A stretch of DNA of 63,259 nt, the filler included, from Octopus bimaculoides (Eukaryota), in NCBI RefSeq assembly GCF_001194135.2. It is 6 parts of 4 records of this genome, joined end to end, with 100 filler letters (N's around TTAATTAATTAA, not from the genome) between each part and the next. Parts side by side here need not be neighbours in the genome. Positions count along the whole stretch, not along the records: positions 11,366 to 38,266 come from NC_068985.1; 5 more parts are not named here. One strand, given 5' to 3'. Shown one piece after another: positions 11,740 through 23,830 of the stretch. The first letter of the stretch is position 1; each line of letters begins with the position of its first letter. A program made the position numbers and the translations under genes. The notes under the pieces were generated by a model. That model searched no databases. It was not told where the DNA came from and saw only the letters and a program-made list of their open reading frames with translations.

Positions 11740-12705
11740 TATTCCCGAATTGAATCTGGATGTTACCCCAATCGGATTTACGGTTGAGAATGGGTGACTT
11801 GTCTCAGCATTGCATCAGTGGGGTGTGTGGATAAGATGCTTAACTTAAGTCTCCCTAAGGAACCCTTGTAGCAGTCTACAGCATGCTGATGGAAGATGGC
11901 ATTTGGTTTCTTTTCAATGTAGTTGTTCAGGTGTTCTTTGAACCTAACATTGATTCTTCTAGAAGTCTCACCAACGTATGACTCTTGGTTAGTTGCGCAA
12001 GCCCCTTCTTGGCACTTAATCTGGTATACAGTGCACATGTGGGTTTGTAGTTCACGTGTGGGTTTGTAGAACATACTGCACAATTATTTTGACAGATGAT
12101 TCTATCAAATGGATATGATCTACATAATACAGGTTTCATAGTCCTACCTGTCTTTTCTACAACTTTGATCTTAAGACCACTTGTGTGTAGGATTTTCCTA
12201 AATGCCTTACTTAATTCGTTCTTAGGTGTAGCGTCAACAAACATTACACCGTGAAACTTCTTGTTATCATACCAAGTATTGTTTTTATTTTGTTGGTGTC
12301 TCTCTCCAACCTATTCCAGAACTTGTTGCGGTGTAGCGGGGCATATACCGTTTTCGTCATCTATTAGAATGTGTTTGAATCTTGTCTTCGCTCCTTTGTA
12401 CACTCTGATTCTATCATACTGTGTGTATCCGGAAGATTGCATTCTGAATATATAGTGCTGGATGTGTTGTTGCCGTTCTTGGGGTTGGTATATTGGGGAT
12501 ACATTCCTCATTACTCTAAGTCTGCTACGAGGATGTTGATCTTGGTAGTACTTGACATCGCTGAATCACTATTGATTACCAGTAGAATAGCCATAGGTTT
12601 AAAGTAGTGTGAGTGGAGTAGACAGAGTTTAACAGTTCCGTCAATTATATATTTTCTATCCACAGTTCAGTATCTAGGACGGGTAATATATTGCTGGGGT
12701 ATTTA
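11740..12705 (-). mobile_element. Penelope-like element family B, 5'-truncated (RT thumb + Cys-rich linker + GIY-YIG), decayed
   Basis: Translates with frameshifts to KYPSNILPVLDTELWI..LHSHYFKPM, MFVDATPKNELSKAFRKILHTSGLKIKVVEKTG..CQNNCAVC, and VYQIKC..SYVGETSRRINVRFKEH (GIY-YIG). Confidence 0.85.
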
Positions 12706-12884
12706 GAGGTGTGTATGTACATATGTATGTACATGTGAATGTATGCTTATGTACTGATATGTGTGTCTGTTCAAGTTGTATACATGACTGTTACTTTGCT
12801 GAAGGTTGTATACGCACACACACACGCACACACACACATACACATACACATGCATATACATATATATAAGCACACACATACTGA

Positions 12885-14186
12885 TTTATTGTTGCTAGGG
12901 ATGACAAATAGAGCATCATCTCCATATAAATCTCCCTGTAATTCAGGGATTTCTCCATTTAGGCATCTTAAAAGGTACGCACCAACTAGATTAGTGATTT
13001 CGTCCGATTCACTCGAGTCCATAGTTATATCAAAGTTTTTGTGGGTATCAGCCCTAGTCCAAAGTTTGCCATCAAATTCTATTACAGTACTTCTAGCTAA
13101 CAGAATAATGTCGATTTTATCCCTAGTTATAAGAGACAGGTTTTTAGCAAAAATTAGAGATTTGTTGAGAATAATAGCTATTAATGTCAAACTGGATAAA
13201 AAAAAATAATACTTATGTTATCAATAGATTTAAACTAATGTATTACTTCATCTGTATCAAACCATAATTTGAGAGTTAGGGTGGGAATTATAAGTGGTAG
13301 AATATTATCGGGAATAGATTTGCTAAGTCGACCAATATCAGACTTACAGTAGGATTGTCATCGAAGTTCTTCTTCTGTTCCTTTAGTTTAATCCTTGGTT
13401 CACTTGGTTTTAAGGTTTCTGTACTGTCTGTTAAGTCATATTCCATCATAACTTCTTTAATTTTTAAATTAATGTCTGATAGATTCTGATAGATGTTATT
13501 TTATATTTAGTTCCTTCATTACTAATTTCCTGTAGGTGTTATAGTTAAGTCTATATAAGTTTCCCGTTTTATCTTCTTGGACCAGAATTCCTGTCTTCTT
13601 ATGCAATGACTTAATAAATTCCTTTAGTTTTCTCAGATGTAAGATTTTTCTAAGTGGGTGTTCCTTGAGTTTTACATTATCTATTACTTGAAATAAATCT
13701 CTTTCAAACTTTTCTGGTTGTGGAGTAGATGGAGAATTTTTCTGCTTTTGAATACCTTCTTATAATAATTTTTCTCATATGTTTCTAGGTTTCTATTTTT
13801 CTTCTTAGTATCATGATGGTAAGCTATACACCTCATACTTCGAATATACTCATTTGTTCTATGGATTAGTAGCCACATATAAATATCCTTACTATGTAAG
13901 GGGATGTACTTCTTAGATAATTCTATATTTACCCTTTCCATCCTGTTGAAAATTAAGTACTAGAAATGTCGTATGGGTTTGGTTGACGAGTTTAGTAAAA
14001 ATTTAGATTCAGATGGATTAGGTACTTAGTTGAGGCGCTAGAATTTAGTACGGTATCATCCATATAGTTTCCAATAAGGGTGATTAAAGTAAGTATAATT
14101 TTAACTAAAACCTCGAAGAAGGTAAGATCATGTTGTCTTCACTGAAGTATCAGGAAAAAAGTCTTGTTAGAGATAAGCTTGTCACC
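12885..14186 (-). mobile_element. Penelope-like element family A (Neptune-like), 5' half, decayed
   Basis: N-terminus MERVNIELSKKYIPLHSKDIY..IRSMR (ATG at 13941), VQEDKTGNLY, KSDIGRLSK, IQFDINSY, FDITMDSSESDEITNLVGAYLL..GDLYGDDALFVI. Stops at a CA/TG microsatellite just after the YxDD motif. Confidence 0.88.
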
Positions 14187-16095
14187 TATATATATATATA
14201 TATATATATNNNNNNNNNNNNNNNNNNNNNNNNNNNNNNNNNNNNNNNNNNNNNNNNNNNNNNNNNNNNNNNNNNNNNNNNNNNNNNNNNNNNNNNNNNN
14301 NNNNNNNNNNNNNNNNNNNNNNNNNNNNNNNNNNNNNNNNNNNNNNNNNNNNNNNNNNNNNNNNNNNNNNNNNNNNNNNNNNNNNNNNNNNNNNNNNNNN
14401 NNNNNNNNNNNNNNNNNNNNNNNNNNNNNNNNNNNNNNNNNNNNNNNNNNNNNNNNNNNNNNNNNNNNNNNNNNNNNNNNNNNNNNNNNNNNNNNNNNNN
14501 NNNNNNNNNNNNNNNNNNNNNNNNNNNNNNNTTTACCCGCGCTTGGTTGAATTTCTTGACTTTGACATTCAAAGCACCGGGCAGAAATCACATCGCGTCT
14601 GTGTGGCTCGGCCGGCTACACGATGCTCTGTTTTAATTAGACAGTGGAAGAGAAACGCCCTCGTTTCATATAGTTTAATATCCTTTTATAAATATATGCA
14701 TATTATATGGATGTCATGAAATCCTACCGGTTTTCTCTATTTAAATTAGCTTTTCAGGGGACACTGTACAGTAATCAGTTCTCGTGACAGAGGGGTCTCA
14801 TCATTTTGGATGTTTGAAGAATAAGAAGAATGATTTTAGAGAGTTAACCAAAGGGAGCAACATGTGGTAAGGGGAACAACCGTCTCCTTCGTAGAATTTT
14901 TTTAAATGATCAAAGTTGCATATTGAGGTGTGGTCTGTACTTTTGTATGAGCAAGTTTCTCTTCTTTAGGCGTTTTTGTACTGAGATTGAATCTTTGCAT
15001 TGGTATAATGAGAAGATATGAAAATTCGGCATTTTTTTGCTTGCGCATCTGTCGATGTGGCCGCTCAGTACTATCTGCCTTTATTGAGGGAAACGAATCT
15101 GTTCTTTATGCAGCATGACTCTGCGTCTCAAAGTAAGGCTCGGTTGGCCCACATGATAAAGATGACGGTAAGGATGGTATCAGCGTTGACCATATTCACT
15201 AGCTTGAAGTATAAAATAACAATAACAATAAAATTCAATCAAAATTCAATAACAATAACAATAAAATTCAATCAAAACAGGAAAACAGGAATGCCGTTTA
15301 CAACATTACAAAGTATAGCCAAACAATTATTCTTTAGCGGCTGTGAAAGAAAAGAATCCATGACGTGCCTACCAAACCATGACATGCAAGCCACATGCTG
15401 ATTGGTTGAAATACAGCTAGAACCTATTTGATACACTCACCAAACCATGATATGGAAGCCACATAATGATTGGTCAAACACACTTCGTAAGATTCAGCCT
15501 GCCGGACCCCATGGGAGGGAATTTAAAGGAATAATTTAAACATTTTAATACAGTTGTCAATTTTGGAACACCATCGTCACTACATAAATCTGATGATTGC
15601 GTAACGCATGAAAGTAATACTTTATTTCAATATTGTAAAATTGAAAAATTTGCAAATAATAAAACATTAAAATCAGACTCAGTTGTAAATTCAATGATTA
15701 ATATATATGTGTGTGTGTGTATTTGTATGTGCATGTGCGTGTTTTTGTGTGTACGCATGCGTGTGTGTGTGAGTGAGAGTTTGTGTGTATGGTAGGTAAT
15801 TATATATGTATAACTGAGGCAGTAAGCGAGCGGAATTGTTACCTTGGCATACCAAGTTCTTAGTATACGAGTGTATATATATGTATGTATATGTATGTAT
15901 GTATATGTATGTATGCATAAAGCACACACACACACTCACATACTCATTTTGTAAGATATGAAGGTGTTCAGTACCATTTACTCGTTACACGGCATGGTGA
16001 TACTTAAGATAAGTGACCTGGCTGTAATATACATATATATATATGGATAATAACAACAAATGGAGCAAAACGCATGTCGATGAACGTTCCTTTAA

Positions 16096-16186
16096 TTCCT
16101 ACATATATGTTTCGAAGCAAGTGAGGGCCATTTCACAAAAAAAGGAAAGGGTTGCTGTGATCATCACTTGTTTCTCATCGGGGAGA
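16096..16186 (-). ncRNA. Type I hammerhead-ribozyme-like motif with long stem II and a U4-to-C core change
   Basis: Minus strand: CTCC-CCGATGA-GAAACAAGTGA-(loop)-TCACTTGCTTC-GAAA-CATATATGT-A-GGA. Stem II pairs at 10 of 11 positions, stem III is palindromic, cleavage triplet GTA. Confidence 0.55.
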
Positions 16187-16940
16187 ACATAATAAAACAT
16201 TTAGTAGCAAGACAAAAGCGAAATGATGGAGTAACTTACGAGCTGAGATGTTTACATGGTTAGTGACTGTTAGAAGGTTTGTTTACATAGAGCCATGACG
16301 GGGTCACCGATATTATTCCACGGGCTTTAGGCATAAGAACGCTAGTTTACATAGAAATATAAANNNNNNNNNNNNNNNNNNNNNNNNNNNNNNNNNNNNN
16401 NNNNNNNNNNNNNNNNNNNNNNNNNNNNNNNNNNNNNNNNNNNNNNNNNNNNNNNNNNNNNNNNNNNNNNNNNNNNNNNNNNNNNNNNNNNNNNNNNNNN
16501 NNNNNNNNNNNNNNNNNNNNNNNNNNNNNNNNNNNNNNNNNNNNNNNNNNNNNNNNNNNNNNNNNNNNNNNNNNNNNNNNNNNNNNNNNNNNNNNNNNNN
16601 NNNNNNNNNNNNNNNNNNNNNNNNNNNNNNNNNNNNNNNNNNNNNNNNNNNNNNNNNNNNNNNNNNNNNNNNNNNNNNNNNNNNNNNNNNNNNNNNNNNN
16701 NNNNNNNNNNNNNNNNNNNNNNNNNNNNNNNNNNNNNNNNNNNNNNNNNNNNNNNNNNNNNNNNNNNNNNNNNNNNNNNNNNNNNNNNNNNNNNNNNNNN
16801 NNNNNNNNNNNNNNNNNNNNNNNNNNNNNNNNNNNNNNNNNNNNNNNNNNNNNNNNNNNNNNNNNNNNNNNNNNNNNNNNNNNNNNNNNNNNNNNNNNNN
16901 NNNNNNNNNNNNNNNNNNNNNNNNNNNNNNNNNNNNNNNA

Positions 16941-17300
16941 CAAGCACCCACTACCCCATATCGAAACCTTCGCAAATACATGTACTCACACACGCGCATC
17001 TTAACTTGCATTCCTGTCACTATACATACATTCCTGTATATATACAAACGTGCCAATACTCACACACGCACACATACCAACGTATGCACGCATGTACATA
17101 CACACACGTACAAACAGTTGTATATATTTGCACACACTTGTATGTATGCATAAGTATACACCCATAAACATACTCACACATACACACACACATATACCCA
17201 TTCACACACCCATATACGCCCACCCTCACATGCCCTCACAAACACACGTATGCATATATGTGCCCAAAAACACACACACATGTGTTTTGTTTAAGGCTAT
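16941..17300 (-). repeat. Left arm of long inverted repeat (reverse complement of 19644-20000)
   Basis: Compared by eye: about 98% identical (a few substitutions, about 3 nt of indel). Outer end hidden in gap 16364-16940. Confidence 0.93.
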
Positions 17301-19643
17301 GGGACTGAACCTATGGTCCCTAAACAACCCCGGTTTGTTCTTAAGTACCATAAGCTGAATTTTTGGTCTAACCCGTCTCTACGTCTCATTCGTCCCTTTA
17401 GGTCTGACTTAGGCATTCTTAGCAAAAACATTCTGGACAAATATATACCCACTATAATCAACAAGTTAAAGCTGAACCTTTGGTCTAACTCTTCTCAGGT
17501 TATAGACTAGTTTAACTCAATCAAGGATAAGGATAATACCAAATTCATACAGTTTGACATTTCTAGCTTCTACTCCTCTATTAACCCTAGTGTCCTTAAT
17601 AAAGCGCTTTGGTTTGTACACAATAAAGCAGGTCTTTGTAGGGAGGAAATTAATGTAATTCTAGCAGCCCGTAAATCTATCATTAAGTTTAGCAACAAAC
17701 TCTGGATACGTAAGGACACTCCGGAGGCTTTTGATGTTCCTATGGGTAGTTCGGACTCAGCTCAAATAGCCGATGTGGTATGTTCGTATATATTATACGA
17801 AATAGCAGACCAGTTCCTTAACATTAAGGGAGGTCTTTATAGGGACGACTGTCTCCTATACCTCCATAAGGCCTCTGCCCAGAGTATCCAAAAAGTTAAA
17901 AACAGGTTAGCCAGGTTCTTTAAGAGAATGGGCTTTGGCATTGTTTTTGAGGATGAGGTCTCTGTGGCAAACTTTCTGGAGGTTACCTTAGATTTACACA
18001 ATAAAACTCATTTCCCAATCCATAAGCCTCCAACTAATCTCAAGTATATAAGCCCCTTTAGTAACTATCCAAGACACATAACCAATAATTTAGTTAGGAA
18101 TATCTCAATTAGGCTTTCCAAACTTTCTTCTAACTACCAAATCTTTAATAAGGAGGCTGACTTCTACAATTCAGCCTTATCAAGGGCCGGCTATAGGGAA
18201 AAGGTAGTGTATATTAACCCTTCTAGTGATCCTTCGCCACCTACACAGCATGATACCCCTTCACTAGCGTAGTTGAACCCAGATCCATTCCTTCCCATCC
18301 TTCTCACTTTACTGAAAAATGGGCCACCCACTTAACGCAAGTAGGAGAAGGGCCCCTACTGGCCCCAAATGCTTTAATAAATCCAAGAACCCTTGCATGT
18401 TTAACCACTCTGATACTACACCTAGATCTGTTGATAGCAATAAGAATATCTGGCTCATCCTTCCATTTGGAAAGCAGGTCAAATCAGATTTGGTCCGACA
18501 GTTCCGAGACGCGGTGAGTAGGAATTTCCCTAAAGGCTCCCACTATTACCCAATTATCAACTCGCATAACGTTAGATTTGGATTCTCGAACACCAAAAAT
18601 TTGTTACAGATAATATCTTCACACAATCTCAGATTTCTAGATTCATCTATATACGACTATCCCAATCATAACCATAATATTAGGAATGTTCAAACCGGTA
18701 GCAGTAATAATTACTCCAACAATTTAACCCACACAAATAACGACACTAATCAGTTAAATGCTGATATAGGTAGTATGTCCAATATAGTGAATCGCATAAA
18801 TATCTGTAACAATAATAGGATTAGCATATCGGAATTAATTCCTAATAGAATCAGGTTTTTGAGTGAGAATTCAAGGACCAAAAATGTAGTGTATCAATGC
18901 AAGGTAACTTCCAACACGGATGTCGCATATTATGTAGGTAGCCCATCGACACAGATATCCAGGAGAATCTCGAATCATTATTCGTCGTTTAGAGATAGAA
19001 ATAAAGCTAGCACCACTGGCCTAAGTAAATTTATCTGGGAAATGAAGGATTGCAATAAGCAATTCTCTTTGGAATGGTCTATTCTGGCCACCTCAGTGCC
19101 CTATGATAAGGGGAGGGAATTCTGCCCTCTTTGTAACTTAGAACTTTTTCGTATCCTGTTCTTCAAGAATCGCCTAGTTAACCAAATCACACAGAGGACG
19201 TACGGCTGTCAGCACTTCAAGAAACATACCTTCCTTTATTACAGCTAGCTCCATCATTCCCACTAGGTTAGATTCCAAGCAGCATTTTTATTATAGTTAT
19301 TATAATTTTTTTTTATAACCAATATCCTATGAATAATTTCCACTTCTTCTTCCACCACAACTTGCCTTTGCCCCTCCTATAGTTGATTAATTTTCCCTTC
19401 CCAGTAATTACAGCTAAGGCTACCTTGCATCACCTACTGCTTAGCTATAGATCTGACCTTCTCCTAATGAGCATGTGTTTTGTTATTATTATTATTATTA
19501 TTTCTCACCTAACTCCCTATACCTCGGTTTCACACTGATTAACGCTAACATAAGGATATTAATATATAACGGTAATGATATTTCCTTTATAATGTTTATG
19601 CTCTTCGCTTTAAATCAGTGTGGTATTAATCGTATTATTTTTT
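17301..19643 (+). mobile_element. Penelope-like element family A (Neptune-like): 5'-truncated RT + GIY-YIG + 3' region
   Basis: RLIRPFRSDLGILSK..IQFDISSFY..PMGSSDSAQIAD..GGLYRDDCL..ANFLEVTLDL with one in-frame TAG (17508-17510), a frameshift near 18270-18319, then VVYQCKV..YYVGS..RISNHYSSF..GLSKFIW..CPLCNLE, stop at 19248. Confidence 0.92.
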
Positions 19644-20000
19644 ATAGCCTTAAACAAAACACATGTGTGTGTTTTGGGCGCATATATGCATACGTGTGTT
19701 TGTGAGGGCATGTGAGGGTGGGCGTATATGAGTGTGTGAATGGGTATATGTGTGTGTGTATGTGTGAGTATGTTTATGGGTGTATACTTATGCATACATA
19801 CAAGTGTGTGCAAATATATACAACTGTTTGTACGTGTGTGTATGTACATGCGTGCATACGTTGGTATGTGTGCGTGTGTGAGTATTGGCACGTTTGTATA
19901 TATACAGGAATGTATGTATAGTGACAGGAATGCAAGTTAAGATGCGCGTGTGTGAGTACATGTATTTGCGAAGGTTTCGATATGGGGTAGGGGGTGCTTG
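19644..20000 (+). repeat. Right arm of long inverted repeat (CA/TG-rich cryptic simple sequence continuing to about 20890)
   Basis: Begins ATAGCCTTAAACAAAACACATG, the exact reverse complement of the end of the left arm. Confidence 0.93.
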
Positions 20001-22742
20001 TGTTTGTGTGTATGTGTGAGAACGGGTAGGTACAAATAAGCATATGTATGTATGGGTTTATATGGGCGCACACGTACGAGCACGGGGCATGTGTGTGGGT
20101 GAGTTAGGATGTAGGTGCGTGGGNNNNNNNNNNTGTATGTGTGAGTATGTTTATGGGTGTATACTTATGCATACATACAAGTGTGTGCAAATATATACAA
20201 CTGTTTGTACGTGTGTGTATGTACATGCGTGCATACGTTGGTATGTGTGCGTGTGTGAGTATTGGCACGTTTGTATATATACAGGAATGTATGTATAGTG
20301 ACAGGAATGCAAGTTAAGATGCGCGTGTGTGAGTACATGTATTTGCGAAGGTTTCGATATGGGGTAGGGGGTGCTTGTGTTTGTGTGTATGTGTGAGAAC
20401 GGGTAGGTACAAATAAGCATATGTATGTATGGGTTTATATGGGCGCACACGTACGAGCACGGGGCATGTGTGTGGGTGAGTTAGGATGTAGGTGCGTGGG
20501 TGTATGTTTATATATGTGTATATATATATATACATATACATGTATAAATGTATGCACACATGTAGGTGTACATGCATATATACATGCATATATACATGCA
20601 TGTGTGTGTGCGTGTACACGTATATATGAGTGTGCGGGTGTGGATACTTGCATGTTTGTACATATACAGGAAAGTAGGTATAGATACAGGCACATATGTA
20701 TAGGTGAGCGTGTATGTACATATGTACATGTGGAGGTTTCTGTGTCGGTGTGTGTATGTATGTGTATGGGTGTATGGATGTGTGTGGGTATGCACACATG
20801 GGTGTGCGCATATGTATGTGTGTATGTGCCCACACGCACATGTTTGTAAATAGGTGTCTGCACGCTAGCAGACACATATGTAAACACTCACTTTAATTAT
20901 CTCCCCTCACCCACCCGAATAACTCCTTGACCACAACCTTTAGCTTCACATCAATAACACCCTCCCTTTNNNNNNNNNNNNNNNNNNNNNNNNNNNNNNN
21001 NNNNNNNNNNNNNNNNNNNNNNNNNNNNNNNNNNNNNNNNNNNNNNNNNNNNNNNNNNNNNNNNNNNNNNNNNNNNNNNNNNNNNNNNNNNNNNNNNNNN
21101 NNNNNNNNNNNNNNNNNNNNNNNNNNNNNNNNNNNNNNNNNNNNNNNNNNNNNNNNNNNNNNNNNNNNNNNNNNNNNNNNNNNNNNNNNNNNNNNNNNNN
21201 NNNNNNNNNNNNNNNNNNNNNNNNNNNNNNNNNNNNNNNNNNNNNNNNNNNNNNNNNNNNNNNNNNNNNNNNNNNNNNNNNNNNNNNNNNNNNNNNNNNN
21301 NNNNNNNNNNNNNNNNNNNNNNNNNNNNNNNNNNNNNNNNNNNNNNNNNNNNNNNNNNNNNNNNNNNNNNNNNNNNNNNNNNNNNNNNNNNNNNNNNNNN
21401 NNNNNNNNNNNNNNNNNNNNNNNNNNNNNNNNNNNNNNNNNNNNNNNNNNNNNNNNNNNNNNNNNNNNNNNNNNNNNNNNNNNNNNNNNNNNNNNNNNNN
21501 NNNNNNNNNNNNNNNNNNNNNNNNNNNNNNNNNNNNNNNNNNNNNNNNNNNNNNNNATATATTGAACATAATACGAAACAATTGCGTTCTGATGTAGAAT
21601 ACACAAATGATCTAGGCCTACGCAAATAGATTATATGCATGTGCTACCATCACCTATTTTTATAATACACATAAAGACACTCCTTAATATTTCACATCAA
21701 ACAAAGCATTAGAATAAGATGCCTCATATGAGCATCCTCTAATATGTTGATGCATTTTCAACAGACTTGCGCTAGGTTTCCTACATTTTTGAATTACTAT
21801 CAATATTAACGTGCTACATCATTTTTGTTTCTGTCAGGTGTTGGAACCAAATAAATGTTACGTTTAAAAAAAAACATTAATATGCAACTAGCTGTACCCA
21901 TTCGTAGCACTGGTACATTGCACACAAAATAATATACTATAATAATATCTTAGTAAGTTATCTAGTATACTGTAAATAATCTTATACGACTAGATTCTAA
22001 ATAACAAAGCTGCACAAATTTGATATAACATGTGCAAATGTGTTTTTAAGTTTAAATATTGCAGAGAATTTTAAAGTTTCTGTAAACTTTCTGCTTATCT
22101 CTTATAAGTGGAAATCAAAGCAGTTTAAATATTTTTATATATATAGTTCATGCAGAAACCGTAATTAAATTATTCTATCATGTGAATGGCTTTCGGCTAT
22201 GTAAATAAACAAGTTATGTGAATTTCTATATTTTCTAGGAAGGCACGACCAATAAAAACAAAAGTAGATATAAATAAAATAAAATAATTATGTTATAAAT
22301 TGCGATTTTTTTTCTTCCATATATATTCTAGGAAATGCAGTCAAAAATATTAAAATGTCTTCTTTCTATGGTAATCTTAATGTTTAACCGAAAGATTATT
22401 AACTATCTGTTATACTTGAAATATTCGATCAGTTTTGCTCTTGGTAATGGCTATGACATGTTCGAAATAAGTTTACAGTTACAGTATTGTTGTAATATTG
22501 ATGTTTCGAAAGAAATGTTGGTGATATAATTATTGCCGATATTTTGTTCGTAAAATTTGTTATCAATTTGATGTTTAGCTTCTATAGTTTCCTAATGTAA
22601 GTGTTGTTCCTGCTCTTCATTCTCTTGTAACTATTTTGGATTACACTTTAGTGAGTTTGCAGTTCCTTTTCCTTGCTAAAGTTATATTTCGTGCAACTTA
22701 CGCACACACACGAATGCATACATACATACATACATACATACA

Positions 22743-22775
<33 letters not shown>

Positions 22776-23384
22776 TAATACATCTGAGCACGTTCAGACG
22801 GAAATATGCTGGTCACTGTACTGCATATTATAGGAGAATAATTTCTTTTTACGCCGACAGTGTAATTGACACGCGCGGCTCATTAGTACACAGGACTCTG
22901 TTACACCTGTGTTTCGACATGCTTTGTCTCCTCAGCCAGAGACTCCCGGATGATTGAGCCTAAACAAAGCCACCCTCCTTGTTTATGCTTTCAGAGAAGG
23001 AAACCTCTGTTGATTGATGCTTAAACTTTCCTGCCAATAAATAATCATTACTTGCACTCTGTATCATAATAAATAGCTTCTGAAGCAAAATGTATTTACG
23101 CTCCAATAACTGGCTCCTTCTTGCTGACAAGACGGGTGTCCCAGAATCTCATATGGCAATGAATTAAGTACTTTGAACACACTGGCGTGGTGTACACTGT
23201 GATGTACACTACAGCAACCAGCACACACATACACACGTGCGCGCGCGCGCAAAACAACGCATATATGCACACACACAGAGCTTTAGCAACTGAAGCTGTG
23301 AAACACAATTTGGTTACATTTTAAAATATATATTTTGGGGGGCATTATATTACAGTAGATTATACAGAAATTATTACTAATTTA

Positions 23385-23830
23385 CGAGGGCCGGCTGAAA
23401 AGTTTGTTGGCTAAGAAAGATATTCTCATGAAATGTGACCATATGAGGTTTATTTTTCAATACAATCGCCCTTGCAGTGCACACACATAATTTTCATTGG
23501 TGTTGCGGTGATTGGACACCTTTGACGAAGAAGTTTTCATCCTGTTAGTCAAAAGAGTCATAAACAGTAGATATGGCGAATTCATCAAAGTTATTTATTT
23601 GTTGGTGAATATATAGATGATAGTTAGATGGGATCAAATCAGGAGAATTGGAAGGATGATCAACTAGTTCAAAGCTACCAGCACGCACAACAGCAATGGA
23701 AACTAAGGCCTTATGTCTTGGACCATTTTCTTGATGAAAGAAGACTACTTTCGTCAGTTTTCCTGTGCATTTCGTCTTGAAAGCCATTCGTAAATGCCTT
23801 GGCAAGTTGGTATATAAATGATATATAAGA
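23385..23830 (-). mobile_element. Mariner transposon 3' remnant
   Basis: GKLTKVVFFHQENGPRHKALV..FELVDHPSNSPDLIPSNYHL matches the mariner HQDNAP and HPPYSPDLAPSDYHLF motifs. TIR-like (TA)CGAGGGCCGGCTGAAAAGTT at 23383. Confidence 0.85.

Noticed and set aside
12690-12885. Microsatellite between the two Penelope halves read as a GTATGT...CCCCAG intron
   Set aside because: Splicing would be out of frame, the AG lies within family B coding sequence (YPSN), and the halves are different families.
19464-19482. CTAATGAGC.. hammerhead half in the Penelope 3' region
   Set aside because: Core mutated and the GAAA half is replaced by (TTA)n; cannot be folded.
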